This document shows positions 25,101 through 38,670 of a stretch of DNA of 64,000 nucleotides, piece after piece (the stretch's first letter is position 1; each line of letters begins with the position of its first letter). Location of the stretch: assembly GCA_051362555.1 (NCBI GenBank), contig CM120647.1:3472001-3536000 (forward strand), written 5' to 3'. Made by a program: the position numbers and the translations under genes. Source of the DNA: Lingula anatina (lineage: Eukaryota > Animalia > Brachiopoda). The notes under the pieces were generated by a model, which saw only the letters and a list, made by a program, of their open reading frames with translations, was not told the origin of the DNA and searched no databases.

Positions 25101-28100
25101 TTAGACAAGATTTGTGAAAATTATTAACGTTTAACTATTTCAAGTCATGGATTTTGGCAGTCGTTTCAGTGACATTTTCAGTTTTCTCAATTTTATTGTC
25201 CAAAAAAAACTTTTTCATGAGACACAGTCAACTGATAAGCTAATCACAGATTTTTACTGTTGTTATGCATCATCTGTCCAAATTTCACAAATATTAGACA
25301 AGATTTGTGAAAATTATTTACATTTAACTATTTGAAGGCACCGCATTTGGCATTCTTTTCAATGTCATTTGCAGTATTTCTCAAATTTATATGTTCTGAA
25401 AATATCCTTTTTATTAGACATATTCAACTATTTAGGTTAAGTTTATCAAAATTATTGTTCAACTATTTTAGTGTGGGAAATTTGTCAATTTTTAGAATTT
25501 AATTTTCACTTTTATCAAACATATTGTTATTTTTCCAGGTGACCTTTTCCATACAGCGCGATGGCTTTTTTGGTGAACTGATTCTTCCTGTCTGGTCAGG
25601 GCTAATTCCTATAGAAAAAACAGACAGCAAAAGACAACAGCAAGAGCAATGCTATGTCTCCTCCATGTGTACAATAGATGGTATATGGCAAGCTTTAGGA
25701 CATTGTCAAATGGTGTGCTAAACCTCAATTCCAGAAACCGATTGTAAGGAGGAATCTGCATCTGGTATTGGTAGTAAGGAGATGTCTTAAATGGGTATAT
25801 ATTCTTTTTCAGAGGAAAATTATTGTTAATTTGTCACCTCTTACACAAACAAACTCAAATCATAATATTTGATGTTTAATGTGAGTCTACTTAGATGTTG
25901 TGAAATTGAAAAAAAAATATTGTAGATAATTCTCACTCTTCGCATACAAAATGTCAAACAACTACAATTCTATCACACACTGTCAACTGTTAAGCTTATC
26001 ACAGATTTTTGTTATTGTTAAGCATCATCTCTCCAAATTTCACAAATATTGAACAAGTTTTGTGAAAATTATTAACCTTTAACTATTTTAAGCCTTTTGC
26101 AGTCTTCTCAGTGTCATTTTCAATTTTCTCAAATTTATTGTCCAAAAAAATCTTTTTAATGAGACACAGTCAACTGATGAGCTTATCACAGAATTTTATT
26201 GTTGTTATGCATCATCTATCCAAATTTCACAAATATTAGACAAGATTTGTGAAAATTATTAACGTTTAACTATTTTAAGCCATGGAATTTGGCAGTCTTT
26301 GCAATGTCATTTTCAGTTTTCTCACATTTATATGCTCTGAAAATTCTTTTACATGGGTCACAGTCAACTGATGAGCTTATCACAGATTTTTATTGTTGTT
26401 ATGCATCATCTGTTCAAATTTCACAAATATTGAACAAGATTTGTGAAAATTATTAACGTTTAACTATTTTAAGGCACCGCATTTTGCAGTCTTTTCAATG
26501 TCATTTTCAGTTTTCTCACATTTATATGCTCTGAAAAATGTTTTTCATGAGACACAGTCAACTGATGAGCTTATCACAGATTTTTATCATTGTTATGCAT
26601 CATCTATCCAAATTTCACAAATATTAGACAAGATTTGTAAAAATTATTAACGTTTAACTATTTTAAGCCATGGAATTTGGCAGTCGTTTCAGTGACATTT
26701 TCAGTTTTCTCAATTTTATTGTCCAAAAAAAACTTTTTCATGAGACACAGTCAACTGATGAGCTTATCACAGATTTTTATTGTTGTTATGCATTATCTAT
26801 CCAAATTTCACAAATATTAGACAAGATTTGTGAAAATTATTAACGTTTAACTATTTTAAGGCACCACATTTGGCAGTCTTTTCAATAGCATTTTCAGTAT
26901 TTCTCAAATTTATATGTTCTGAAAATATCCTTTTTATTAGACATAGTCAACTGTTTAGGTTAAGTTTATCAAAATTATTGTTCAACTATTTTAGTGTGGG
27001 AAATTTATCAATTTTTAGAATTTAATTTTCACTTTTATCAAACATATTGTTATTTTTCCAGGTGACCTTTTCCATACAGCGTGATGGCTTTTTTGGTGAA
27101 CTGATTTTTCCTGTCTGGTCAGGGCTAATTCCTATAGAAAAAACAGACAGCAAAAGACAACAGCAAGAGCAATGCTATGTCTCCTCCATGTGTACAATAG
27201 ATGGTATATGGCAAGCTTTAGGACATTGTCAAATGGTGTGCTAAACCTCAATTCCAGAAACCGATTGTAAGGAGGAATCTGCATCTGGTATTGGTAGTAA
27301 GGAGATGTCTTAAATGGGTATATATTCTTTTTCAGAGGAAAATTATTGTTAATTTGTCACCTCTTACACAAACAAACTAAAATCATAATATTTGATGTTT
27401 AATGTGAGTCTACTTAGATGTTGTGAAATTGAAAAAAAAATATTGTAGATAATTCTCACTCTTCGCATACAAAATGTCAAACAACTACAATTCTATCACA
27501 CACTGTCAACTGTTAAGCTTATCACAGATTTTTGTTATTGTTAAGCATCATCTCTCCAAATTTCACAAATATTGAACAAGTTTTGTGAAAATTATTAACC
27601 TTTAACTATTTTAAGCCTTTTGCAGTCTTCTCAGTGTCATTTTCAATTTTCTCAAATTTATTGTCCAAAAAAATCTTTTTAATGAGACACAGTCAACTGA
27701 TGAGCTTATCACAGAATTTTATTGTTGTTATGCATCATCTATCCAAATTTCACAAATATTAGACAAGATTTGTGAAAATTATTAACGTTTAACTATTTTA
27801 AGCCATGGAATTTGGCAGTCTTTGCAATGTCATTTTCAGTTTTCTCACATTTATATGCTCTGAAAATTCTTTTTCATGGGTCACAGTCAACTGATGAGCT
27901 TATCACAGATTTTTTTTGTTGTTATGCATCATCTGTTCAAATTTCACAAATATTGAACAAGATTTGTGAAAATTATTAACGTTTAACTATTTTAAGGCAC
28001 CGCATTTTGCAGTCTTTTCAATGTCATTTTCAGTTTTCTCACATTTATATGCTCTGAAAAATGTTTTTCATGAGACACAGTCAACTGATGAGCTTATCAC

Positions 28101-31100
28101 AGATTTTTATTATTGTTATGCATCATCTATCCAAATTTCACAAATATTAGACAAGATTTGTGAAAATTATTAACGTTTAACTATTTTAAGCCATGGAATT
28201 TGGCAGTCTTTGCAATGTCATTTTCAGTTTTCTCACATTTATATGCTCTGAAAAATGTTTTTCATGAGACACAGTCAACTGATGAGCTAATCACAGATTT
28301 TTATTGTTGTTATGCATCATCTGTCCAAATTTCACAAATATTAGACAAGATTTGTGAAAATTATTAACGTTTAACTATTTAAAGCCATGGAATTTGGCAG
28401 TCGTTTCAGTGACATTTTCAGTTTTCTCAATTTTATTGTCCAAAAAAAACTTTTTCATGAGACACAGTCAACTGATGAGCTTATCACAGATTTTTATTGT
28501 TGTTATGCATTATCTATCCAAATTTCACAAATATTAGACAAGATTTGTGAAAATTATTAACGTTTAACTATTTTGTACCATAGAATTTGGCAGTCTTTTC
28601 AGTGCCATTTTCAGTTTTCTCACATTTATTTGCTCTGAAAAATGTTTTTCATGGGTCACAGTCAACTAATGAGCTTATCACAGTTTTTTATTATTGTTAT
28701 GCATCATCTCTCCAAATTCCACAAATATTGGACAAGATTTGTGAAAATTATTAACATTTAACTATTTTAAGGCACCGCATTTGGCAGTCTTTTCAATGTC
28801 ATTTGCATTATTTCTCAAATTTATATGTTCTGAAAATATCCTTTTTATTAGACATAGTCAACTGTTTAGGTTAAGTTTATCAAAATTATTGTTCAACTAT
28901 TTTAGTGTGGGAAATTTGTCAATTTTTAGAATTTAATTTTCACTTTTATCAAACATATTGTTCTTTTTCCAGGTGACCTTTTCCATACAGCATGATGACT
29001 TTTTTGGTGAACTGATTCTTCCTGTCTGGTCAGGGCTAATTCCTATAGAAAAAACAGACAGAAAAAGAAAACAGCAAGAGCAATGCTATGTCTCATCCAT
29101 GTGTACAATAGATGGTATATGGCAAGCTTAAAGACATTGTCAAATGGTGTGCTAAACCCGATTCCAGAAACCGATTGCAAGGAGGAATCTGCATCTGGTA
29201 TTGGTAGTAAGGAGATGTCTTAAATGGGTATATATTCTTTTCCAGAGGAAAATTATGGGTAATTTGTCACCTCTTACACAAACAAATTCAAATCATAATA
29301 TTTGATGTTTAATGTGAGTCTAATTAGATGTTGTGAAATTGAAAAAAAAATATTGTAGATAATTCTCACTCTTCGCATACAAAATGTCAAACAACTACAA
29401 TTCTATCACACACTGTCAACTGTTAAACTTATCACAGATTTTTGTTATTGTTAAGCATCATCTCTCCAAATTTAACAAATACTGAACAAGTTTTGTGAAA
29501 ATTATTAACGTTTAACTATTTTAAGGCACCGCCTTTTGCAGTCTTCTCAGTGTCATTTTCAATTTTCTCAAATTTATTGTCCAAAAAAATATTTTTAATG
29601 AGACACAGTCAACTGATGAGCTTTATTTATTGTCCAAAAAAATCTTTTTAATGAGACACAGTCAACTGATGAGCTTATCACAGAATTTTATTGTTGTTAT
29701 GCATCATCTATCCAAATTTCACAAATATTAGACAAGATTTGTGAAAATTATTAACGTTTAACTATTTTAAGCCATGGAATTTGGCAGTCTTTGCAATGTC
29801 ATTTTCAGTTTTCTCACATTTATATGCTCTGAAAATTCTTTTTCATGGGTCACAGTCAACTGATGAGCTTATCACAGATTTTTATTGTTGTTATGCATCA
29901 TCTGTTCAAATTTCACAAATATTGAACAAGATTTGTGAAAATTATTAACGTTTAACTATTTTAAGGCACGGCATTTTGCAGTCTTTTCAATGTCATTTTC
30001 AGTTTTCTCACATTTATATGCTCTGAAAAATGTTTTTCATGAGACACAGTCAACTGATGAGCTTATCACAGATTTTTATTATTGTTATGCATCATCTATC
30101 CAAATTTCACAAATATTAGACAAGATTTATTTATTGTCCAAAAAAATATTTTTAATGAGACACAGTCAACTGATGAGCTTATCACAGAATTTTATTGTTG
30201 TTATGCATCATCTATCCAAATTTCAAAAATATTGGACTAGATTTGTCAAAACTATTAACATTTAACTATTTTATACCATGAAAATTGCCAGCTTTTTTAA
30301 TGTAATATTAATTTTTCTCAATTATATTGTCTGAAAAAATTTTCTTCATAGGACCCAGTCAACTGATGAAGTTATTATTGTTGTTATGCATCATTTGTAC
30401 AAATTTCACAAAGATTGGACCAGATTTGTCAAAATTATTAATGTTTAACTATTGTAAGTCATGGAATTTGGCAGTCTTTTCAATGTCATTTTCAGTTTTC
30501 TCAAAAATATATGTTCTGAAAAAATCTTTTTCATTTGACATTGTCAACTGATGTGCTTTCCACAGATTTTTTAGATGTTAAGCATGATTTGTACAAATTT
30601 CACAAGTATTGGAGTAGATTTGCCAACATTATTAATGTTTAACTATTTTAAGTTATCGAATTTGGCATTTTTTTCAATGTTATTTTCAGCTTCTCAAATA
30701 TATTGACTGAAAATATCCTTTTTATTAAACACAGTCATCTATTTAGCTAAACTGTATCAAAAGTATTTATGTTTAACTATTTTAATCTGGGAAATTTATC
30801 ACTTTTTAATATTTAATTTACACTTTTTTCAAATATATTTTGTCAAATGGTGTGCTAAACCCCGATTCCAGAAACTGATTGTAAGGAGGAATCTGCACCT
30901 GGTATTGGTAGTAAGAAGTCTTGAATGGGTATATGTTGTTTTCTAGGTCACATTTCTGGACAATTTGTCACCTCTACACAAGCAAACAAATTATCACATT
31001 TGATGTTTCTTTGGAGACTGAATCATATATTGAATGATATATATGATATATTGGCGTATTAAAATATTTGTTTTCAATAATTCTCACTCTTCTCATATAA

Positions 31101-31200
31101 ATTGCCAATAGGCTGCACTTCTGTTACACACAGTCAACTGATAAGCTTATCGCAGATATCTGCAGTTGTCAAATGTCATTTTTTCAAAATTAAAAAGAAA
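12310..31200. repeat. Two-level tandem array: 12 full + 1 truncated ~300-bp cassettes, each followed by a variable number of ~193-bp satellite monomers
   Basis: Cassette starts (GTGACC after TTCCAG) at 12497, 14043, 15363, 16700, 18039, 19763, 21731, 23064, 24205, 25539, 27062, 28973, and a truncated one at ~30841. Spacings of about 1141, 1334, 1523, 1724 and 1911 differ by multiples of ~193. Monomer core is GAGACACAGTCAACTGATGAGCTTATCACAGA. Confidence 0.95.
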
Positions 31201-31344
31201 TAAAATATAATTGACAAAATTGTTAATATTTAATTATATTCATGATGGTAATTTTGATACATTTTAAGTCTTATTGCACATTGTGCTCTGCCACCTGTTA
31301 CTGCTTCTCCTCATAAACTGTAAGAGACCATGTATCCATCTCTT

Positions 31345-32430
31345 GTATGTAGGTCAGATATAATCTCAACTTGATCTATGTGAATTTTGGGTGCACGGTG
31401 CTGGGGTGTAGGTGTGGTGTTCGTCACATTGCACCCTTGTCCAAAATTTGCAAAATGAAATGCAAAATATCTCCCAAACTGAAGGCATTGCAGAAAGTTT
31501 CTATGGATGACTGAAAGTGGTATGTGGGATTTGAAATATGCCCATTTAAGGTTAAATGGGCCAAAATTTTCTTTAAAATTTTTTTCATTCATGCTGATTT
31601 TCTGAATCTACACAGACCTATCCTATAAAATTATGGGCAGGTATTACCCTTAGGGTTATCTTTCATCTTCGTGAGTTTGAGGTCAGTTGGTGCATTTTTA
31701 TGGGAGAAGCAGCCAGATTTCTTGACTGCAATCTCTAATCCTGGAACCATAAATGCTAGAAACCTTTTGTTTAGTGCATTTTATAGATCTTGTCAAGCAC
31801 AACACTGGGGATGGTGTCTGTTTTTGTTTGCCATATGGTAAACGAGTTGCACCATATCAGAAAGTACAATGTTGCAATATCCATTGGTGAAAATAAAATG
31901 TGAAATAACTCCAAAATTAGAGGTACCCCCATAGTTACTATAGACCTTCAATAGGAAGTCATAGACTTGCAATCTGTCACCTTGAGATTGACCTTTGACC
32001 TAATTTTCAATTTGAACTGAACTTTACACCTCTCTGTCCCTTATATTCCAAAACTGCCTGAATTATGCCCACAGTTACTATAAAACTTGAATAGGAAGTC
32101 ACATACTGGCAATCTGTCACCTTGAATTTGACCTCTGACCTACTTTTCACCATGAACTGAACTGTGCAACTTTTTTGTCCCTTATATCTCCAAAACTGCC
32201 AGATACATGCCCAAAGTTACTATTCAACTTGAACAGGAAGTAATATACTGGCAATATATGACCTTGAAATTTACTTTTGCCCACTTTTCACCATGAACTG
32301 AACTTTGCAAGTTTTCCATCAATATATCTCCAAAACTGGCAGAGATATGCCCATAGTCATACATTGGCAATCTAACTTTGACCTTGAACTTGACCCTAGA
32401 CCTACTTTTTACCATGAACTGAACTGAGTT
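31345..32430 (+). mobile_element. Helentron/HINE-like element with about four 120-145-bp internal repeats
   Basis: Homologous to 3995-4470 and to the reverse complement of 47714-48890. TGACCT(T/C)TGACC-type units at ~31989, 32129, 32270 and 32391. Confidence 0.65.
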
Positions 32431-32920
32431 ATTAACGTTTACCTATTTTAATCTGTTGAATTTAGCAGTTTTTTAAATGTAATTTTCACTCTTTTAAAAT
32501 GTTTTAAAAATATGCAGTTACACAGTCATCAGTAATCACACAGTGTAACTGATGAGTTATCACATTCCTGTTGCTGTTAAGCAGCATTTGTACAAGTATC
32601 ACAAATAATGGACTAGATTTGTCAAAATTATTAATGCTTAACTATTGTAAGCCATGTGATTTGCCAGTTTTTAAATGTAATAATGAAATATATTGTCCAA
32701 AAAATCTTTTTCGTGATACACAATCAACTGATAAGCTTATCTCAGATTTATACAGTTGTTAAGCTTCAGTTGTACAAATGTCACAACCATTGGACTTGTT
32801 ATGTCATTATTATTAACATTTGACTGTTTTTATCATCGGAACTTGCCAGTCTTTTAAGTCTTGTTTTCACTTCTCAAAAATTCACTTCAATTACACACAT
32901 TCAACAGATAAGCTTACCTC
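32430..32920. repeat. Degenerate copies of the ~193-bp satellite monomer
   Basis: CACAGT..AACTGAT(G/A)AG(C)TTATC and ATTTGTCAAAATTATTAA motifs, directly abutting the HINE repeats. Confidence 0.75.
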
Positions 32921-35584
32921 AATCATAATCAAGTTGCTATTTCTAGACTGAAACACAGATGTAGGTCTAACGTTTAAAAACCAACCTTATTAGTTTTTTG
33001 CTCACATACACCTGTGCATACACTGTAGATTCATGTGTGGACATACAAAGACGTAGATATCATATACAGCTACATGTAGTATGTTGATATCATAATGTGG
33101 TAGGTACTTATTGCAACAGAGACGATCATATTTTCCTCCAGGTGGCGTTATAGTACTGCCCAGTTTGTCAAACATGGAGAAAACTGTTCAGATAAAAGCA
33201 GTGGACCAATTTAGAATCGCCATTGACCTACATAATAATATTTCATTTTGGGTGTTTTCTTCTGGTTTCTTTTTTAAATATATTTAACACAAATGCACTA
33301 TATATATGCATTTTGATTTTAGTAAATTTTTAATCAAGTTTTGTTCGTCAGATAAGGGTGAGGGTTGGACTGAAAAGCTTTAGCCCCTCCCCCATAAAGC
33401 AAATTGAACCTACTCTGGGAAGAGTTGTTACACCTTACGTGATCAGGGAGTGGATGCGAGGCGGTCTGGAAACTAAGTATACGAATATTTATGTTTCAAC
33501 CTATTCAGTATAACGTTTTATTGTATCAGTGTTAGGGATTTAATGTTCACTTATTTGTAATTTATTTTATAAGAAGTACTGTGACGCGTGCATGCATAAA
33601 AATGGCTTGACCACTCCCAAGTGTTTTCCCCCCACAACATTTTGCTTCCTCCATTACTTCACCTTATAACGTCCTATGAAAATGACAATTATTTCGAACT
33701 TCGTTGGTAGAAAAAGTATCGTCAGTTGAAGACGTACAAGGAGTATATTTACAAGAAGCAGACAAAAAAGGGGAAATGCTGTGGAATCTCCCATATAAAT
33801 TCCCATTTACTGACATGTAAATATTTGTAGTAAGCGGTTGGAGGTCGAAATAAAAGCATAACAGACAGTAGGTACACTGTATAAGTATTACACTTCTAAC
33901 TTCGGCACGATTTCACTAGTCCAGTTGTACTATTTCAGTCCGTTGAATATATGAGTTGAATTATAGCTACACTGTACAGATTTTTGTATGACGGGAGCTT
34001 TAAAAATTGTGGGTTCACTGGCCAACAATGTAAACCCTTCAAGGCATAGGGGGCGAACTGATAGCGCAAAATACTGTTTCAAACAAATGTTAATCGTTCT
34101 GTTGATACATCATGTTGATACCTTTAAAATAAAGCATTGGGTACTAGAAACATGGCATGTCTAAGACTGCGTGGTCGTCAGATACAGGTTTGGTTTATTT
34201 TAGTAAAGATATCTGCCCCTTATGCCTTTCAACGTGCTCTATTCTCGTAAGACCTTCAAGTTTGCCGCCGTGGCCTTTGTTAAATGGTACTACAATAATG
34301 ATTACCCTCTACCAGGGCCACAGATTGGTTTTTCACTAGATACACGTTTTCACAGATATGTTTCTAGTTAAACGATGGGACTTTTCTGACCTGCATGCGT
34401 CAGAGAAAAGCGCACATGAAATCAGCGGCCCTTGGAGATTGTTGGTTATGATACACGCGACCAAGAAAGTTCGGAAACGTGAAATTGTTTTTCAATAATA
34501 ATAAAAAAATGTAATGTGTTGGGAAAATTACCTGTGTAAATAAAGATTAACAAATTGTGGGTTCATTAACCAACAATATTTGGTTAAAATATTTACCGTA
34601 ACTAAACATGGTTATTTTATAACTATTCAAAATAACGATGTTTCCGAACTTTTTAGGGCGAAAGTACCAGCAAGGTAACGAGTGGTGACTTGGCGTTACG
34701 TTGTCGTGCGAATAAATTACGCATAAATATGGAAACTTTTGATTGTCCAGAAAAGCTTAAATAGCTCAGTTTTACAATTTTTTCATTTGACAAAAGTGAG
34801 TGTTTAGAAAGATCATTTGGAAGTTAAACAATTTACTGATATATTTTCCCGACAGCGATTTTCATGATCTGTTCCTTTTCCATGTTTTATGCTATGGTAA
34901 TAATTAATCAAATACATCATGTAAATATAGAAACAGCCACAAGTTATTGATCTTATTAGTCAGTGACGCACACATTTTGTGTAATAATTGATGAACTGCT
35001 TTATATCTTTTTGATTACTGTCAATTTCTCAAATTTGTTCTATTTTTTTAGAAATGCTTGTAGATATTGATAACACCAAACCATGAACGAGTAGTTAAGT
35101 TGACCATTTATTAGTGAAATGTAATACATTTGTTGTATATGTTACACCTTTGAGGTATAACTTTGTCTTATATGCATGTCTTACAGATATTCAAAGTGAT
35201 TAAGTAGTGATTTAAGTGTTCTTAAACTTGGTAGTTTTACAATGAAATACTTAAATATTAATACATAGTTGTTTGGCACTAAATAAAGACTTTCCAAATA
35301 TACAAAATGTCTTAGTTATTTCTTTGACGGTTGCGTTTCTCAGCGGCAACCTGGGGTTGGGCTTCAAACTTGTCTTACGTTTCTAAAATTTCTTTAATGT
35401 ATTACGATTTTTTTAGAATTTTACTTTGGTTACTACAATAATTTCTTTGACTTAGTGGTACCCCTCGGGTTTGGGTTCGTTTCTTGGTTCGGGTACTTGT
35501 AAATCATTGAATACTTTTCAAGGGGCTTTACAGAAATTTCCCTTTGGTTACTATAAGAGGAAAGTCTTCTCGCGGAGGGTGGGT

Positions 35585-35660
35585 GGGAACAGTTAGAGGA
35601 GTAGGTAACGCGCTTGCCTCTGAGTCAAAAAGTCCCAAGTTCGAAACCTGGCGCTTCTGG
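35585..35660 (+). pseudogene. tRNA-derived sequence (SINE head or tRNA pseudogene; CTG at the anticodon position)
   Basis: A-box-like TAGAGGAGTAGG and B-box GTTCGAAACC at tRNA-like spacing. Stems are poor. Confidence 0.45.
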
Positions 35661-37155
35661 GTCCCAGCAAATTACCTTTTGCAAAAAAATATTCAAATAA
35701 TCAAGGTAAACTAATACAAGAGGCTCTATAGGTAAGACATGTGAACTAGAGAACGAGAGTTAAAGGGGAAAGTAGGTGAAAAATGAAAGGAAATTCAACA
35801 TACAAATATATGTACATTATTTTCATTATTTATTGTTTCAACAAATTCCAAGTAATTTCAACGAAGTTTTATACAAAACAAAATACGTGAAGTTACATTT
35901 TTTCTACGTTGATAGCAACCATTACAATAGTGTCAAATTTCTAAAAAATTCTTTAAATTATGCTTTTACAAAAACAATACAAGAAGTCTACCTGATAGTA
36001 GACTAACTAACACATATGAAGGATTTTATGCACTTTGGAAATTGCAGCTCAAACAAATTCTATTTATTTATATAAAAGAGGATTTCGACATAATTCTTAC
36101 TAAAACAAAATTCATATAAAAAATGACCAGGAGTGGTATATAAAATGAAATCATATCGTACTTGTCAAATTTTGTTCAAAGTTGACGTTAATAATTGATT
36201 ACTAATTCCATTGAGGAGCAAAGTGTCCAATTTCAGTGGTGTGAATGATATCGAAATTCCTAAATGCATATAATCTCACATAGGCGTCTCCCCCTCACGT
36301 GCACGTGCACTCACGCACACCTTGTTCTATGCCGTCGTAGTGATTCTCGCACAGAAAAAGGTAGTCAAAAATGGTCATTTTTAAGAATCGAGTGTTTTAC
36401 GTTTTGTTTTCATATCATTACATCCATATATTGGTAGGTTAATGGCACGACTTTGAGCGAAAACTTAAATTTGCACACATGCGAATCAGGAACGGCATAA
36501 AGACATGGTCAATTTCCAAGCTTATTCTAGTCATGACAATTTAAGAAAAATATACAAACAAAACTGAAAAGATTACGCAGAAAGAAAAACGGTGACTTAA
36601 AATTCATTTATACACAAATGCTAACACCCTTACTCTGGTCTCCGGTGCTCAGTGATCAAGAAACACTTAGCAAAAATACCCCAACAGGACGCGCGAGACT
36701 GGCATCTAATCAGACCTTTTTCTCTCAATCACCCCTCAATCACAACCAAAGAAATATCAATTAATAATAAATATTTTTATGCATATGAACAAAGACGTTT
36801 TCCAGGGGAGCACTTACATTTCTGCTTTGCGATATTGGCAAAAAGTAGAACAACACACAAATGAGCTCATGCAATGCTGATAAATTTGGGTGGCCCTCAG
36901 CACGGGCAGTTTTTATCACGTTGGTAACATATATTCCCCTACTGCAATAACGAATGCGCAGTAATTTCGTGAAAATCCCTATTTCTCTCCTGGTTTCATT
37001 TTGTTAACATTGTTTTAGACCCCTCCCAGCACAGTACATGTGTACCTGTCACTGATCAGACAAAAATATCAAAACACCGAAACCAAAGTAAGTTCATTCT
37101 TAACATGTGTCACAAACGTATGTCCGCAATTTAAAGAAGGATCGTTTCTTATACA

Positions 37156-37444
37156 TGGGCAATTCTGCAATCACGTGGACAAATTTATCATTTTCCTAAC
37201 GCTGTAATTTCCAAAGCATTATAACTTGAAGAACAGTGTTTGTAAGTTATTCTAAATTAACAACTTGTTCATTTTTCAAACTTAACGGTTATTGTATGAA
37301 ACCGTTTGTGTCTCAAAAGTTTCATGTAATGAAGTTGAGATATTTTTCTTATCGGAATCTCAGAATTCAATTCAATTTAATTCAAAAGAAATATTTCAAA
37401 TATCCTCAAATGCACAGCTAAGTGACTAACTGAAGATTTGCCCA
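37156..37444. mobile_element. Small MITE
   Basis: TGGGCAATTCT ... AGATTTGCCCA inverted ends with CA on both flanks. Confidence 0.4.
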
Positions 37445-37510
37445 CAGACAATTTTACCTTCAACTTGAAAAACAATAGCACTGGCACAGTGCTCTACCTA
37501 AAAATCGCCT

Positions 37511-37544
<34 letters not shown>

Positions 37545-38574
37545 TTTGATAACTATCATTTCTGTTTTCATCGATCATTTCAGCAAAATACTTTTTGCAT
37601 TAAAATTACTTTGTTAAAAGTGAACTCCAAAAAGTACCGTATTTTTGTTTGAGAATTGATGGGTACTTACTTCCGACACAATAATAAATATACATAATAA
37701 ATAAAATTCATTGAAACGATATGAGCGGATAGAGTACTGTACTACGATTTAGAAAGAATGTATCATATATAACCAGCGACATGCAGGGTCGACGTCATTC
37801 ATTTCTTTTTTTTTCCTTGATCAGAAGTTTCGTTAAAAATTTTTGCTGCGTACAACAATTATTTTATACAAATTTTATGCAGAATATTACTGTCCAAGGC
37901 AAAGATTACATTTCATATAAAATGTCAACCCTGCAAATAAACTACAAGACAAACTTCAAGAAGCGAGACAATCTTGGCATGGGCGTAGGCGATGTCCAAC
38001 ATGAATATGATGTCTTTGATCAGCGACGCATCCAATCACCCGGTAAACAGCAGTTGGGAGCCACTGAAATAAAAGAGGAAAATCACATTCACGACACGGT
38101 TTGAAGAAGCAGTGTGTGTATATCTTTACAGCATGCTATTTTGGAACACAAGGGATTATGTTAACAAAACATTATTGTGCCATTCCTATTCTTTTCTACC
38201 CTGTGCACACTGTTTAATGACAACATACTTCTTTGCATTCATATGTAAGATGCGGTATGAAAGGACCAGGTGCCCGAATTACGGAAATATTCACGGAAAT
38301 GAAATTCAGTGAATGAAAACATTTGGCAGATGGGCCCAATTAGTATAAAATTGACAGGATCTAAAAAAGACCTTAGGCACGTTTTCACTGACCAAGCCAG
38401 GGTTTTCAGGCGGCGGGGGGCGAGGATACATCAGCTGTATTTCGTCTAGTTTCGTGCCATGTACATTTTTTGCGCTTTTGATTTGTTCTTGTTTTTATTT
38501 TGATTTGTTATTTTGGGAGGGAAAAGGGATATCTCTTAAACTAAGAGAGGGACACTGTACCCCCGACCACCCCC

Positions 38575-38670
38575 CACCCACCCCTCACCTCCCCAACCTG
38601 GTCCCGTCCCCACCCCTCACCTCCCCAACCTGGTCCCGTCCCCATCCCTCACCTCCCCAACCTGGTCCCG
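38575..38670. repeat. 30-bp C-rich tandem repeat, 3 copies
   Basis: CCCCTCACCTCCCCAACCTGGTCCCGTCCC x3. Confidence 0.9.

Noticed and set aside
15348-27244. Nine 65-aa ORFs as a tandem single-exon gene family
   Set aside because: They start at TTG inside a polypyrimidine tract, not ATG. They are better explained as read-through of an exon-like or non-coding cassette.
12900-30600. CTGATGA in each 193-bp monomer suggesting a hammerhead/retrozyme satellite
   Set aside because: The next GAAA is ~70 nt away, there is no stem II closing directly on the core, and no stem III/UH geometry is present. An RNAMotif/Infernal search would settle it.
12900-30600. Monomer as a C/D-box snoRNA (TGATGA ... CTGA)
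   Set aside because: The C box lacks the 5' purine, there is no terminal stem, and the CTGA is missing from many monomers.
12310-31200. CRISPR-like repeat/spacer array
   Set aside because: Eukaryotic context, units of hundreds of bp, the 'spacers' are near-identical to each other, and there are no cas genes.
33400-35500. Possible DNA transposon (short inverted AAGTTCGGAAAC pair and direct AATTGTGGGTTCA pair)
   Set aside because: Termini, TSD and coding remnant could not be defined, so it is left unannotated.
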